Origin: a virus
IMG/VR virus record: IMGVR_UViG_3300042261_001929
Span: 13,902 to 77,901 of that record
Strand: one strand, 5' to 3'
Length of the DNA: 64,000 nt
The notes below the pieces were generated by a model. The model made no database searches, was not told the DNA's origin, and saw only the letters and a program-made list of their open reading frames with translations. Below are positions 9,071-19,288 of this stretch, piece after piece. The translations under genes were made by a program, and so were the position numbers. Position 1 is the first letter of the stretch. Every line of letters starts with the position of its first letter.

Positions 9071-10705
9071 TTAAACCAACCCTTTTAATATTGGACGTAA
9101 CAGAGGACTAACTAAGTCCTCCCTATTATTAACATGTAAAGCATAGTTTTCAGCGAACCATTCATTACAGTTCGTATCACCATATACTGAGGCACATTGA
9201 AGTGAATCCCCGCCTTTCTCCTTTCCCTTTTTATCATATTTCTCAGAAAAGTATGCCCTTCTTACGGCGACATCCACCTTATGATTAGAATTCATTAAGT
9301 GATGCCCATATTCATGATCGATTGTAAGCTTTCCTCTGTCCACATTTTTATCAATATACGCACTAACATTATGTGGTCTGGTTCCAGCTTTATTTTCAAT
9401 TGTCCATGTATAACCACTATCTGAACTTTTTTCTAAATCATCTAACTGTTTATTAGCCTTCTCTATTGCACTTTTTGCATACTCGACATCATATTTTTTA
9501 CCATCAGATCCAACCCCATTATTGTCAATAATAGCCTGTAATCCCTTTTTCATGCGGGTTAGGATGTCATTGCCGTGCTCCCTCCTATCATCACCAAAGG
9601 TTTTTCTGTCATATTGTTTAGGGTCTAAAAACATAACACCCTCAATTGACATACTTGCTGACCACGAAACATTTCCATCTTCAGGTCTAACAGTGGTTAT
9701 ATATTTAAGTGGTTTTATCCCGTTTAACTTGGACCTTTCGTTCAATTTGGAAATTATATCTGGCAATTTTTTCAACTGATCATCGCTTAGGCCATCCAGA
9801 TGCACTGACTCAGGATCGGATACAAATGACTTTATTTTATTTGAAGTATCTGCCAGTAGTGTTGCACTGTCGGTGTTAGTATTTAAATCTTTCCTATTGA
9901 CCTCATCTGGTTTATTGTTAATATTAGAAGGTCCAATCTCAACTGGTTCTGGTTCTGGCTTTGTTGTAGTGTCATTTGTAACATCTTTTGGTGTCTCAGG
10001 TACCGGCTCTTGTTTTGTATCTGACCGGCTTTCACTTGTATTAGATTTTTTTGACACATTATATTCTTTAAGGACTTTCTTTAATTCCGATTTGCTCATT
10101 GTCTCTGTAAAGTTGTTAGCAGTCACAGTTATCTCATCACCATTTACGTCATCAATGAAAATATCACCAATAAGACCTGCGTTCCAAGTCTCTCCTGGTT
10201 TCATTATTTCAACGGCATGATCTGAATTTATAACACGAGAAGAAGCTTGAGGAACATTTTCGGCCACGGCCACCTCTTTCTGAGCTTTATCTTTCGGTTT
10301 AGTAGCAACGGTTTCCTTCTGTGCAGTCGTTTTTCCTGACTTTGCGGCTCTAAACTCCTTCATAGCAGCTTTTAGCTCTTTGAAAGTTTCCTTTGATACC
10401 TTCCCAGAAGCTTTCTCTGCCTTTACTTTTGCAATAACACTTTTTACATTTTCAACATGCACTGACAGCTCTGGATTTTTTCTCTCTTTTTTCACTTTTT
10501 TAGCGGCGTCCCTTGCTGCTTTAGTAGCATCTTTAGTAACCTTTTTATCTTTTTTTGCTTGGATTTTTGCATCTCTTTCTTTTTTCACGGTCTCTTTAGC
10601 AAGACATTCTTCTGTACAACAAAACGACCCTTGCCCGACTGTTCCTTCTGGGCATTTTTTGTTCAGTTTTTGATAAAAAGGAATTATGTCAACATACCTC
10701 ATCAA
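9071..10705 (-). CDS. Tagged cargo protein with a C-terminal zincin metallopeptidase
   Basis: KLNKKCPEGTVGQGSFCC tag; HEYGHH..SVYGDTNCNEWFAENY. Confidence 0.8.
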   Translation of the reverse strand: MMRYVDIIPFYQKLNKKCPEGTVGQGSFCCTEECLAKETVKKERDAKIQAKKDKKVTKDATKAARDAAKKVKKERKNPELSVHVENVKSVIAKVKAEKASGKVSKETFKELKAAMKEFRAAKSGKTTAQKETVATKPKDKAQKEVAVAENVPQASSRVINSDHAVEIMKPGETWNAGLIGDIFIDDVNGDEITVTANNFTETMSKSELKKVLKEYNVSKKSNTSESRSDTKQEPVPETPKDVTNDTTTKPEPEPVEIGPSNINNKPDEVNRKDLNTNTDSATLLADTSNKIKSFVSDPESVHLDGLSDDQLKKLPDIISKLNERSKLNGIKPLKYITTVRPEDGNVSWSASMSIEGVMFLDPKQYDRKTFGDDRREHGNDILTRMKKGLQAIIDNNGVGSDGKKYDVEYAKSAIEKANKQLDDLEKSSDSGYTWTIENKAGTRPHNVSAYIDKNVDRGKLTIDHEYGHHLMNSNHKVDVAVRRAYFSEKYDKKGKEKGGDSLQCASVYGDTNCNEWFAENYALHVNNREDLVSPLLRPILKGLV

Positions 10706-10715
10706 ATCACCTTTT

Positions 10716-12374
10716 CTAAGCTAATCCCATCTTTTCCAACTCGGCTAAAAGTGCATCTCCCTCAGCCATAACTTCATCATCAGAAAGATCTTCTTCAGGG
10801 GCCTCTTCTCCACCAAAGGATTCCTCACCATTTAAAGTTTCTTCACCCGTAGGCATTCTTGCTTCTCCAGCCATTGGAAGACCACCAGCCTCAGCACCAG
10901 GTTGTTGCATCAATGATTGAGGCACCTTGAATTTAAGCATCTCATCATAAACCTGCTCTTTCTGTTCATCCATAAGTGGTGGCAATCCCACATTTGCCCG
11001 ATATTCATCCCAAGATATAACATGGTTATTAAACCGGTTAAGTTCTTCTGCATTTCTTTGAGCAATATCTTCAGGTACAGGTGGAGACCATTCTAATTCA
11101 ATTCTGTAATCATCAAAACCATTTACAATCAAAAACTTAGTCCATAAATCGTTTTCAAATGGAATTGCACATATCTGTTGCCATCCACTGACCATATGCT
11201 TCAATAATTCAAGAAGTGGATTACTATTCGTTGACATGCTTGGGCTTAAGACTTCTAATGCATCCCTTGGGAAAATGTGGCTTACCGTCTCTCTAATTAA
11301 ATACTGATCAAATTCCGTAGGATTGATAGGTATACTCGGCCTTTGCCAATCAACGTCAATTCCTTCAGGATATACAATACCGACATCAGCCGTTTGGTTT
11401 TCAGCTATAATACATCCCTGATCCCACAATTGTGTATACATTCTATCTGAAAGTGTATCTGTCTCTCCCGGCAATGCACCTGACAAACCACCGCCATTCA
11501 TAACATCAGCTTCAAGATATTCTTTAGGCACCCCGACCTTAACTTTCATTGTTGGAGTCCCGCATCTACTTGCTGCCTGCATCATCCTTTTTCTTGCAAG
11601 TTCTAGCTGTGAAACTGTAGGAACAATTCCAGCCAGATAAGGATCACCATCTACACAAATTGAATTTCTGTCCTTGATATGAATAATATTTTCTGATGGA
11701 ATTTCTTTTGGAATCCCGCTTAGAGAGTCCTGAACCTGATAATAATGATATGTGTTGTCAGACTTGTCAAGTACTATACCCTTTAATAAGTTTCCACACT
11801 GATATCTCGAATTGTTGCTTGTTATTCCTGGAGGAGACATAACAAAAGAAGGTGGTGGCAACCTTTGCAGCGCAATCGGTGATATCCAGCCATCTTCATC
11901 ATCCCCCCAAACTATCTCAAATATCGCAGAACCATATGTCATGACATCGTACATTGCCTGCGAACAACAAGAAACTGTATTTATTTTCCTGTCAAGTTTC
12001 TCCAACTTTGGCTCCAGTTTGGCAACGATTTCCTCGTTCAATTCCTCTTTATAAGGAGGAACGATCTTAAAATCAAAATACTTAAATGTAATCAATTGTA
12101 ATTGCCACAATGATCTAGAAACAGGAGCAATCTTCGCGGTTTCGGCAAGCTCGCGAACCCCATATCTATTATGACTAAAGGACGTATTAATATTTGGAAA
12201 TGCTGTACCCACGGGCGTACCGGTCTTGCTGACTTTTGACATATTTTTTGGATTTCTGGTTTTTCTTTCAACCCTTCTTGCTTTCTTTCTTTCCTCTTTT
12301 TTGGCATTCAATCTAATAGCCGATGTCTTATTTTGAACCGCCTCTTTCTTATACTCATCATAATTAAAACTCAT
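10716..12374 (-). CDS. Phage portal protein
   Basis: 552 aa, same strand as and downstream of terL. Contains DVMTYGSAIFEIVW, EIPSENIIHIK and ISWDEYRANVGLPP, all portal-like motifs. Confidence 0.85.
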   Translation of the reverse strand: MSFNYDEYKKEAVQNKTSAIRLNAKKEERKKARRVERKTRNPKNMSKVSKTGTPVGTAFPNINTSFSHNRYGVRELAETAKIAPVSRSLWQLQLITFKYFDFKIVPPYKEELNEEIVAKLEPKLEKLDRKINTVSCCSQAMYDVMTYGSAIFEIVWGDDEDGWISPIALQRLPPPSFVMSPPGITSNNSRYQCGNLLKGIVLDKSDNTYHYYQVQDSLSGIPKEIPSENIIHIKDRNSICVDGDPYLAGIVPTVSQLELARKRMMQAASRCGTPTMKVKVGVPKEYLEADVMNGGGLSGALPGETDTLSDRMYTQLWDQGCIIAENQTADVGIVYPEGIDVDWQRPSIPINPTEFDQYLIRETVSHIFPRDALEVLSPSMSTNSNPLLELLKHMVSGWQQICAIPFENDLWTKFLIVNGFDDYRIELEWSPPVPEDIAQRNAEELNRFNNHVISWDEYRANVGLPPLMDEQKEQVYDEMLKFKVPQSLMQQPGAEAGGLPMAGEARMPTGEETLNGEESFGGEEAPEEDLSDDEVMAEGDALLAELEKMGLA

Positions 12375-12427
12375 CTATCATTCCTCAAAAAGTGCAACAT
12401 CATAAATAAGGGATGCGTAAATACCAA

Positions 12428-12443
12428 CCGAAAACTATAAATA
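12428..12443 (+). promoter_or_regulatory. Archaeal-type BRE/TATA promoter
   Basis: CCGAAAACTATAAATA upstream of ORF 12462. Confidence 0.65.
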
Positions 12444-12461
12444 AAAGTAACGACTAAGCCA

Positions 12462-12770
12462 ATGCTCATGGGAAAATATACTTTAAACGGCGACTTGTGT
12501 CAGATGTCTACCCAAATGCAATTCCTGATCGAAAACGGATTTGATGTTGGGCAATCTGGCTGCTATCCATATCTGGATTCAAAGCAGGAATACGACCGTG
12601 CCATCAAACTGATATTCGAAAATCGGGTAGAGGGATGGTGGAATTACAGAGATGCTCTACCTGAGATCGAATTGGATCTTCTATACAGAAGAAAAAGCAT
12701 TATTACTGATGAGCTGAAAGATATAGAAAAGAGGATATTAGAGCTGGAAAAGGAGACTAACTCCTCTTAA
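12462..12770 (+). CDS. Hypothetical protein
   Basis: ORF directly behind a promoter; C-terminal coiled coil. Confidence 0.55.
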   Translation: MLMGKYTLNGDLCQMSTQMQFLIENGFDVGQSGCYPYLDSKQEYDRAIKLIFENRVEGWWNYRDALPEIELDLLYRRKSIITDELKDIEKRILELEKETNSS

Positions 12771-12802
12771 AAACATTTAAAATAAAAATGTCGTGATAAT
12801 AA

Positions 12803-13843
12803 TTGTCAAATGAATTTAAATCTTTTTTGAAACTTCCTGGTGGAAGTGAAACAAGTATGTGTTATTACCCATTAAAACTTGACACATATGGTAGAGGGTG
12901 TTCAAACAACTGTCTATATTGTTATGCAAGGTCTATCCTATCATTTAGAAATATGTGGAACGTCGAGGCTCCAGCCATAGCGGACTATGAAAAAATCGAA
13001 AAAATTTTTGATGACGTTTTGTTAAGGAACAAAAAAACTAAATTTTCGAAGTTCATAAATGCAAAAATCCCGATAAGGTTGGGTGGTATGACTGATTGCT
13101 TATCTTGCAACGAAAAAGAGAACAAAATCACTATAATGGTCTTAGATCTACTGAAAAAGTACAAATATCCGTATCTTATATTGACAAAAAGCTCACTATT
13201 ATCATCAGATCCTTATATAGATGCCCTAGACAAGGATCTTGCTTATGTCCAATACTCGATAACAACGCCCTACGATGACATATCAGCCATCTACGAACCA
13301 AATGCAAGCCTCACAAGCGAAAGACTGTCCTCTTGCAAAACCCTGTCAAATAAGGGCTTCTATGTGGCAGCAAGGCTAAATCCACTATTCCCAATATACC
13401 CAGACGGCCACTTTTCCAAAAAACGTAGCAATGCAGAACCGCTTAAATACTTCGATTGGGATTTAATAAGAATGTTTTCAGAGAATGGCATAAAAACTGT
13501 AATTGCTGGTTTTATGCGTCTATCGAGCTGGAATCTGAAATGGATAAAAGAGGCAGCCAACAACGACTTAAGATATTTATTTGATCCATCTACGAAACAG
13601 GCTGATCAGGCCCTACACTTTTCAAATGAAGAAAAAGGATATTACTATGAACGCATACAGCAAATGTGCAAAAACCTTAATATGGATTTTACCATATGCT
13701 ATGATGGTGATGAATCATACGAAACATTTAAATACCTTTGGTCAAATCCAAATGACTGTTGTAATGGTATAGGAAACATCCCAGCATTTAACAAAAATTG
13801 GGACACAATCAGAAACCAAAAAACGACTATAGGAGGCAGCTAA
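12803..13843 (+). CDS. Radical SAM protein, spore-photoproduct-lyase-like family
   Basis: YPLKLDTYGRGCSNNCLYCYAR (CxxxCxxC), IRLGGMTD, ILTKS, YEPNA...ER, C-terminal DCCNG. Confidence 0.8.
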   Translation: MSNEFKSFLKLPGGSETSMCYYPLKLDTYGRGCSNNCLYCYARSILSFRNMWNVEAPAIADYEKIEKIFDDVLLRNKKTKFSKFINAKIPIRLGGMTDCLSCNEKENKITIMVLDLLKKYKYPYLILTKSSLLSSDPYIDALDKDLAYVQYSITTPYDDISAIYEPNASLTSERLSSCKTLSNKGFYVAARLNPLFPIYPDGHFSKKRSNAEPLKYFDWDLIRMFSENGIKTVIAGFMRLSSWNLKWIKEAANNDLRYLFDPSTKQADQALHFSNEEKGYYYERIQQMCKNLNMDFTICYDGDESYETFKYLWSNPNDCCNGIGNIPAFNKNWDTIRNQKTTIGGS

Positions 13844-14038
13844 AATGGCTGAAGAAGATCCCGAAATAGAACTTGTTATGATGTGTGCAAGAACCCACTC
13901 AATGGCATTCAGAAAAACTGCGTTTTTTCAGCGCCGTCTAACAAATGCACAAAGATCAGTAAACGGGTTATTCATGGACTTCTCAGAGCTTAAAAATGAA
14001 GAGTGTTGGCAACCAATCTATATCGAATAAACTTTTTT

Positions 14039-15685
14039 TTATCTTATTTTACTAGGTAAGGTAATTCTCCTGTCCCTTCTTGCTGTATAGAGCCCTTGTA
14101 ATCGTGATGATGGACTTTCAACCTTTGCTATCATCTGGGATTGTGGTCTTGAAAACAACTTTTGCATGTCCTCATCCTTGACAACGTAAGGATTCATACT
14201 TGGTAATTTTGGAATGTTCAATTTAATCCTACCATTGAAATATAATATAGCATAGACTAAACAATCTAATTGATCATCATTTTTTCCATTTGGGAAGTCA
14301 CAAACTTCGATTAAAAAATCATCAGACCAATGGTGGGCATTTGGGTTTGGAATAAAAATATGTCCTGACTCACAATCAGGAGCAGCGGCCATTGCTCTAA
14401 TTTCCTTAGACTTTCCACCTGGTGGTAGCTCAACTATTCCTGGTATTTCATGTTTCAGCATTGACATTATTGCCGGACCATTACCTTTATCTTCCACAAG
14501 TTTTTTTCGAGCCTCTGGCCATCGATTTGACAAAATCTTAAACTGTTTCAAAGTTTCTGCAAAGTCTCCTTGACCCCTATATTGCGCCAATAGATACTTA
14601 TCAATCCCCTGTCTACCCCAAATTTGGCCAACGTTGAAATCACTCTTTTCTTTTACTGCTAAATCCCAGACTTGTACAATTTCATCCATATTAGAAGCTA
14701 AATCATGCAAATCCTCTTCTCCATTATAATTAAAGTTTTGGAACCAATCCCTTTCAAAATAAGTACCGGCACTGGCTATCGGATTTTGTTGCATAAGAGC
14801 TGCCCAATCATAAGGCCCCATAACCGACCTCGTAGCAATCAAAGATTCCATAGAAAATCTTTCCGGCCATAACGGTTCTCCAACCTGTCTAGGATCTTCT
14901 AAACATAGTGGTTCCTCAGCTATCATAGGGAAACTGACTACTACCCACTGATCAGCTCTGGGATCATTTTTTGCCAACTCCAACAATCTTCCAGCCAAAT
15001 CCTTTGAAGACCATCTTGTAAGTGTTAACAAAATCCTTGAATCGTCATCCATTCTTCTTGTATAAAACGTGCTAGTATACCAATCCCAAAGCGTACTCTG
15101 AACAGCATTACTCTCAGCGTCTTTCCTATCTTTTGTGGGATCATCGATAATTCCGTGCGTAAAACCCATACCAGTGATACCACCGCCTACACCACTACAC
15201 TTGTAAATACCCTTTCTACCAACTATCTCAAAATTTTCAGTATTTCTCATATAAGCATTACCAGACGTAACTGTCCTAACGGATCTTCCCGATAGTGTTG
15301 TCTCTGGAAAAACTTTCTTGTACTCAGGGCTATCAATAACTCTTTGCACATCTCTATTCATTTTAGTAGCAAGATCCATACCATAACTTGTCGCGATTAT
15401 GCTTGCGTCAGGATTGTGCCCAAAAATCCAAGCCGGTAGCCTTCTAGAAACAAGCTCACTTTTTCCCGACCTCGGAGGCATGAATACCATTAGCCTCTTG
15501 ATATCCCCAAAAGCCCATCTCTCCAAATATCGGCAAATCACTTCATGATGCCAATTGACCATATACCTCGGAAACGTATACGTAGTAAAATCCCTTAAAT
15601 GCAAATATGCTTTCCTGATCAAAATCTCATCCAATGTAAATCTTGGTACATAAAAACCATTTCGTTTTTCACTATTTTCTTCCAT
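14039..15685 (-). CDS. terL: Terminase large subunit
   Basis: Walker A MPPRSGKS, Walker B GIIDDP, TRW motif, QQNP linker, nuclease WDLA...DDQLD. Confidence 0.95.
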   Translation of the reverse strand: MEENSEKRNGFYVPRFTLDEILIRKAYLHLRDFTTYTFPRYMVNWHHEVICRYLERWAFGDIKRLMVFMPPRSGKSELVSRRLPAWIFGHNPDASIIATSYGMDLATKMNRDVQRVIDSPEYKKVFPETTLSGRSVRTVTSGNAYMRNTENFEIVGRKGIYKCSGVGGGITGMGFTHGIIDDPTKDRKDAESNAVQSTLWDWYTSTFYTRRMDDDSRILLTLTRWSSKDLAGRLLELAKNDPRADQWVVVSFPMIAEEPLCLEDPRQVGEPLWPERFSMESLIATRSVMGPYDWAALMQQNPIASAGTYFERDWFQNFNYNGEEDLHDLASNMDEIVQVWDLAVKEKSDFNVGQIWGRQGIDKYLLAQYRGQGDFAETLKQFKILSNRWPEARKKLVEDKGNGPAIMSMLKHEIPGIVELPPGGKSKEIRAMAAAPDCESGHIFIPNPNAHHWSDDFLIEVCDFPNGKNDDQLDCLVYAILYFNGRIKLNIPKLPSMNPYVVKDEDMQKLFSRPQSQMIAKVESPSSRLQGLYTARRDRRITLPSKIR

Positions 15686-15762
15686 GTTCTATCACTAATA
15701 TCGATTTACGTAAAACCCAACAACCCAAAACCCTTAAATACCATAACTATTATCCAACTAAG

Positions 15763-16024
15763 CATGGCTAACAAACTTGAAATTCTACTAAATCAGTTGC
15801 CAGAAATGATAAAAACAGACGATGGTATAGAAACCCATCTCTCCATATTTAAATATAGAGAGGTAGATAATACTTTAGGCTGGGGAATTTCATACACGCG
15901 AGATAATGAGGTATTCATATCATCAGCATCAGACGATCTCAGAACCGCTCTTGAAGACATCCTATCCAAAATAGGTGACAAGAGAATAACCAAGAAAACC
16001 CACACGCCAAAAAAGGTGAAATGA
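15763..16024 (+). CDS. Hypothetical protein
   Basis: ATG at 15763 behind AAAACCCTTAAATA; abuts the next gene. Confidence 0.5.
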
Positions 16025-16468
16025 ATGACAGGAAAGGTATTTAAACTCGAAAAAATAGACCAAGTACGGCAGGGCGATGTATTTCTAAAGCCTGTAGATA
16101 GCGTACCAGAAGGCTGCGAACCATATAACATAGATGTAGTACATCGTGGCGAAGGCACCCATACCCACCGTATGGAAGGCGAATATAAAATGTTTGAATC
16201 AAAGACGGTCAACCCATTAACTGAAGAAAAGGACATCTACATAATCATAACACCTGAAGATGCCGAACGCCTCAAAGAAGAAGCCATGAAACAAGGTACC
16301 CTAACGCACGAGGAACACGACCACATAATTCTTGCGCCAGGTACTTATCTAAAACGCCCGCAGCGTGAATTTGATGCCATTGCTACAATGCAAGAGCGAA
16401 TAGAAGAGAGCCACATCTCTGGAATATTTGACATGTCAATCATGCGACATCGAAGGGTAATCGACTAA
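16025..16468 (+). CDS. Conserved RQGDV/HEEH protein, usual partner of DUF6745
   Basis: RQGDV..GEGTHTH..LTHEEH..LAPGTY..QRE. Confidence 0.7.
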   Translation: MTGKVFKLEKIDQVRQGDVFLKPVDSVPEGCEPYNIDVVHRGEGTHTHRMEGEYKMFESKTVNPLTEEKDIYIIITPEDAERLKEEAMKQGTLTHEEHDHIILAPGTYLKRPQREFDAIATMQERIEESHISGIFDMSIMRHRRVID

Positions 16469-16484
16469 AACCGTAGGTGACAAT

Positions 16485-17264
16485 ATGCTAAGGAGACGCC
16501 ATTTCATTTTTGAACCAGAATTTAGTGCGCGAATAAACGACTTAGAACTCAGGAGATTCAAGGATATAAATCACAACCAAGGAACAAGACAAACGCCGTT
16601 AAAGCCCAAACCCTCATCCTCATTCACAGAAGAAAATTACCGTATAGATTTTCCACTCCGTGAATCCAATATCCCTCGCGGTATATCAAAAGCTGATGTA
16701 TTGGCCATTGAGCAAATAATATCAACACGTCTAAGTTCCCGAATGATGGGGCAGCTACACTACCCACGCGAATGTTTCCTTACTCGATATGAGGACGGTT
16801 TCAAATTCAACAGAAGAGGCGGGCCAGCCATCACCTACTTCTCCGGTATAGAAGAATATTGGATTCGCGGCAAACGAATATCCGATCATATCACTGAGCG
16901 ATTATTCCGCTATGATCACTACAAAATGTCAATTCGCGATATTCTAACTTACCCAAATATCGAAACCCGCCGTGATATCATGGAACTATTAGGTAGTGAA
17001 CAACTCGCGAAAATGATGGCCTCTATGCTGATGCCTATCCACAGCGATTATTTAAATAACCAGCTCTACACCCTTTACAAAACAAAAGAGCCAATTGTCA
17101 TGGATGGCTATCAGGGCTTTGATATGTATTTTATCCATGTCAATGATGCATCTACCTCTCGCGAATACTATCTGCAAGTCCCACCTATGTCCAATGCCCT
17201 CGATGCTGTAGCATGGACGTTCTACGAAACGAAAGAGACCTACCACCCTCGAATTGAGACCTAA
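16485..17264 (+). CDS. DUF6745-like protein
   Basis: NIETRR..G and C-terminal NDASTSREYYLQVPP..DAVAWTF. Confidence 0.7.
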   Translation: MLRRRHFIFEPEFSARINDLELRRFKDINHNQGTRQTPLKPKPSSSFTEENYRIDFPLRESNIPRGISKADVLAIEQIISTRLSSRMMGQLHYPRECFLTRYEDGFKFNRRGGPAITYFSGIEEYWIRGKRISDHITERLFRYDHYKMSIRDILTYPNIETRRDIMELLGSEQLAKMMASMLMPIHSDYLNNQLYTLYKTKEPIVMDGYQGFDMYFIHVNDASTSREYYLQVPPMSNALDAVAWTFYETKETYHPRIET

Positions 17265-17760
17265 TGAAATGACAAGCAGAATGACATTTGAAACTTTTTT
17301 TCTTTTGCTTTATGCAATTGGCATCCCAACACTATCAATAATTATAATTATTATCTCAGAACTAAAAATGCGAAAAATTGACAAAATATGGAAATCATTA
17401 CAACAAAAATAGATATCAAGCACAACAAAAATCAACCGAAACCTTAATAAACTTATGACACCTATTAATAGTTATGAACCTGAATACTATCGAGAGTCGT
17501 GTAAAGGCTCAAAAAGTGGCACAGTGGCAAAGATACCTGATCAACAGATACGAAAAACCCCACAAGTACGATGAAGTCGCTCATCAATTTGTTCCACTTG
17601 TGCAAAACCCATAGCCACTACTTTCTTATTTTATTTCCGTGCTCCAAATATTGATGTTCTACCAGCTCTTCTTCACTTTCAAAGCACGCTCGGCATTTGA
17701 AACAACAAAACTTACTATTTTCTTTCATACAAACAAAACAAATCACGTAAAAAGTTTAGA

Positions 17761-18270
17761 TTAAGAGGTATATATCCGCCTCTTAACTGTCTCGATATCA
17801 TCCCTGATCTCAGCACCCCTCATATCAAGCTCGGTGAATCTGGTATCAGTGGATTTCTTCAGTTCAAATGGCATGCCCCTGATAACACCCATTGTACCCC
17901 TTAGCCTATCGCAAGCTCTTGCCAGCTTATTAGCTCTGGCATAAACCTTATCCTCGCAAGTATGAGCATTGAGAATTTGGACACCAAATCCAATAATAGC
18001 ATTGTACTCCCAGCCAACGATACCTAATGCAGCTCTAAAATAATCCCTATTATCCCTACCCACCGCACTTGATATTCTCATGTTTAGGGTAGTGTCTCTC
18101 TGAATTGTTGACCAACCAACAGTATCACCACATTTTACATGGCTCTCCAGATACTTAACAAAAGTTCGCGTGTTCCTATGGACTCTAAGAGAGCGCCCCT
18201 TGTAAACCATTTTTATTACATCAGTCTCTTCGGCATTGCACTTTTCAGAATCTCCATTGCAAAATCTCAT
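17761..18270 (-). CDS. Hypothetical protein
   Basis: 169-aa ORF with a GGTGA RBS. Confidence 0.55.
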   Translation of the reverse strand: MRFCNGDSEKCNAEETDVIKMVYKGRSLRVHRNTRTFVKYLESHVKCGDTVGWSTIQRDTTLNMRISSAVGRDNRDYFRAALGIVGWEYNAIIGFGVQILNAHTCEDKVYARANKLARACDRLRGTMGVIRGMPFELKKSTDTRFTELDMRGAEIRDDIETVKRRIYTS

Positions 18271-18499
18271 TTCTAATCACCTTTGGCAGCAAAAACGCGC
18301 CACAAAAATAACATACCGCAATATACTATAAAAAGGTTTTGGACTAATAATCATCCCTACCACGGAAACAATTCATCTTTATCCATCTCTCCTCATAATC
18401 ATCGTACATTTCGGCATCAGTCAACCTCCTGTTTTCTTCGCGTTCGTTTTCCAAGATCGCGACCATACTTTCTACCTTTCCCATGATTCCACCCACATA

Positions 18500-18860
18500 T
18501 TTATCATGATCTATACTTATATTCCAAGCATATATTCCTTGTCCAAATTCACTATATAGATCTATATACTTTTTACAAATCTATATACTTTTTAACATAA
18601 ACCCTTACACACTCTATTAAATATATTTATATGCTATATAGCATAGATAGCATAAATAATGCTATTATCAATAGCAGTAAAGCTCATAAGGGCATAAAAT
18701 GTAAATAAATATAACATACCCCCTTTTCTAGATATGGGGATATGGAAAAAAATACCCTAAAGCCCTATAATTCAGCCTACTCATATCGTTTCGATGCACT
18801 ATATAGGTCTATTTTGCCATATACATTCACAAGAACCGATAACAGAAAGCTTTATATACT
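18500..18860. repeat. AT-rich non-coding region with direct repeats and palindromes
   Basis: ATCTATATACTTTTTA at 18560 and 18579; palindrome TATGCTATATAGCATA at 18630-18645; inverted repeat TGCTATT/AATAGCA at 18660-18676. Confidence 0.7.
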
Positions 18861-18890
18861 TTTAAGTAAAACAAACAACCGTGATAAATT

Positions 18891-19187
18891 ATGGAAATAA
18901 CAAACCTAACTGAGTATCTAAGCAAGGTAAAACCCCTGAGCAATCAGACATCCTATAACTTAGTCCTATACCTTGCTGCAAATGCCCGTGGAGGCATGTA
19001 TCGCGTTATTAAACACGAGTTCTTGCATCCAAACGTCCTATGGGAAGGATCACCAGAAATTATCAAAATCATAGTGAAATACGGCCCCATAGACAAGATG
19101 ATCAAGGACATTCAATCCTATAGGGTGGCTGTGCGAAAAACGCCCATCGACAAGCGAAGGCGTTTTTCTCTCCGCACCCCCCACTGA
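18891..19187 (+). CDS. Hypothetical protein
   Basis: ORF behind the promoter-like GAAAGCTTTATATA. Confidence 0.5.
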   Translation: MEITNLTEYLSKVKPLSNQTSYNLVLYLAANARGGMYRVIKHEFLHPNVLWEGSPEIIKIIVKYGPIDKMIKDIQSYRVAVRKTPIDKRRRFSLRTPH

Positions 19188-19228
19188 AATGGTGAAGGAA
19201 ATGTTACCCGTTACCTGAATCTTGGCAC

Positions 19229-19244
19229 CCGAAACCTATAAATA
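19229..19244 (+). promoter_or_regulatory. Archaeal-type BRE/TATA promoter
   Basis: CCGAAACCTATAAATA. Confidence 0.65.
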
Positions 19245-19288
19245 GTATTCCATCATTTAGCGATTACATAGCAAAAGGAGTTAAACAT

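Noticed and set aside
2743-10771. Many Ser/Phe/Leu-rich plus-strand ORFs
   Set aside because: They are shadow frames of the Lys/Glu-rich minus-strand genes.
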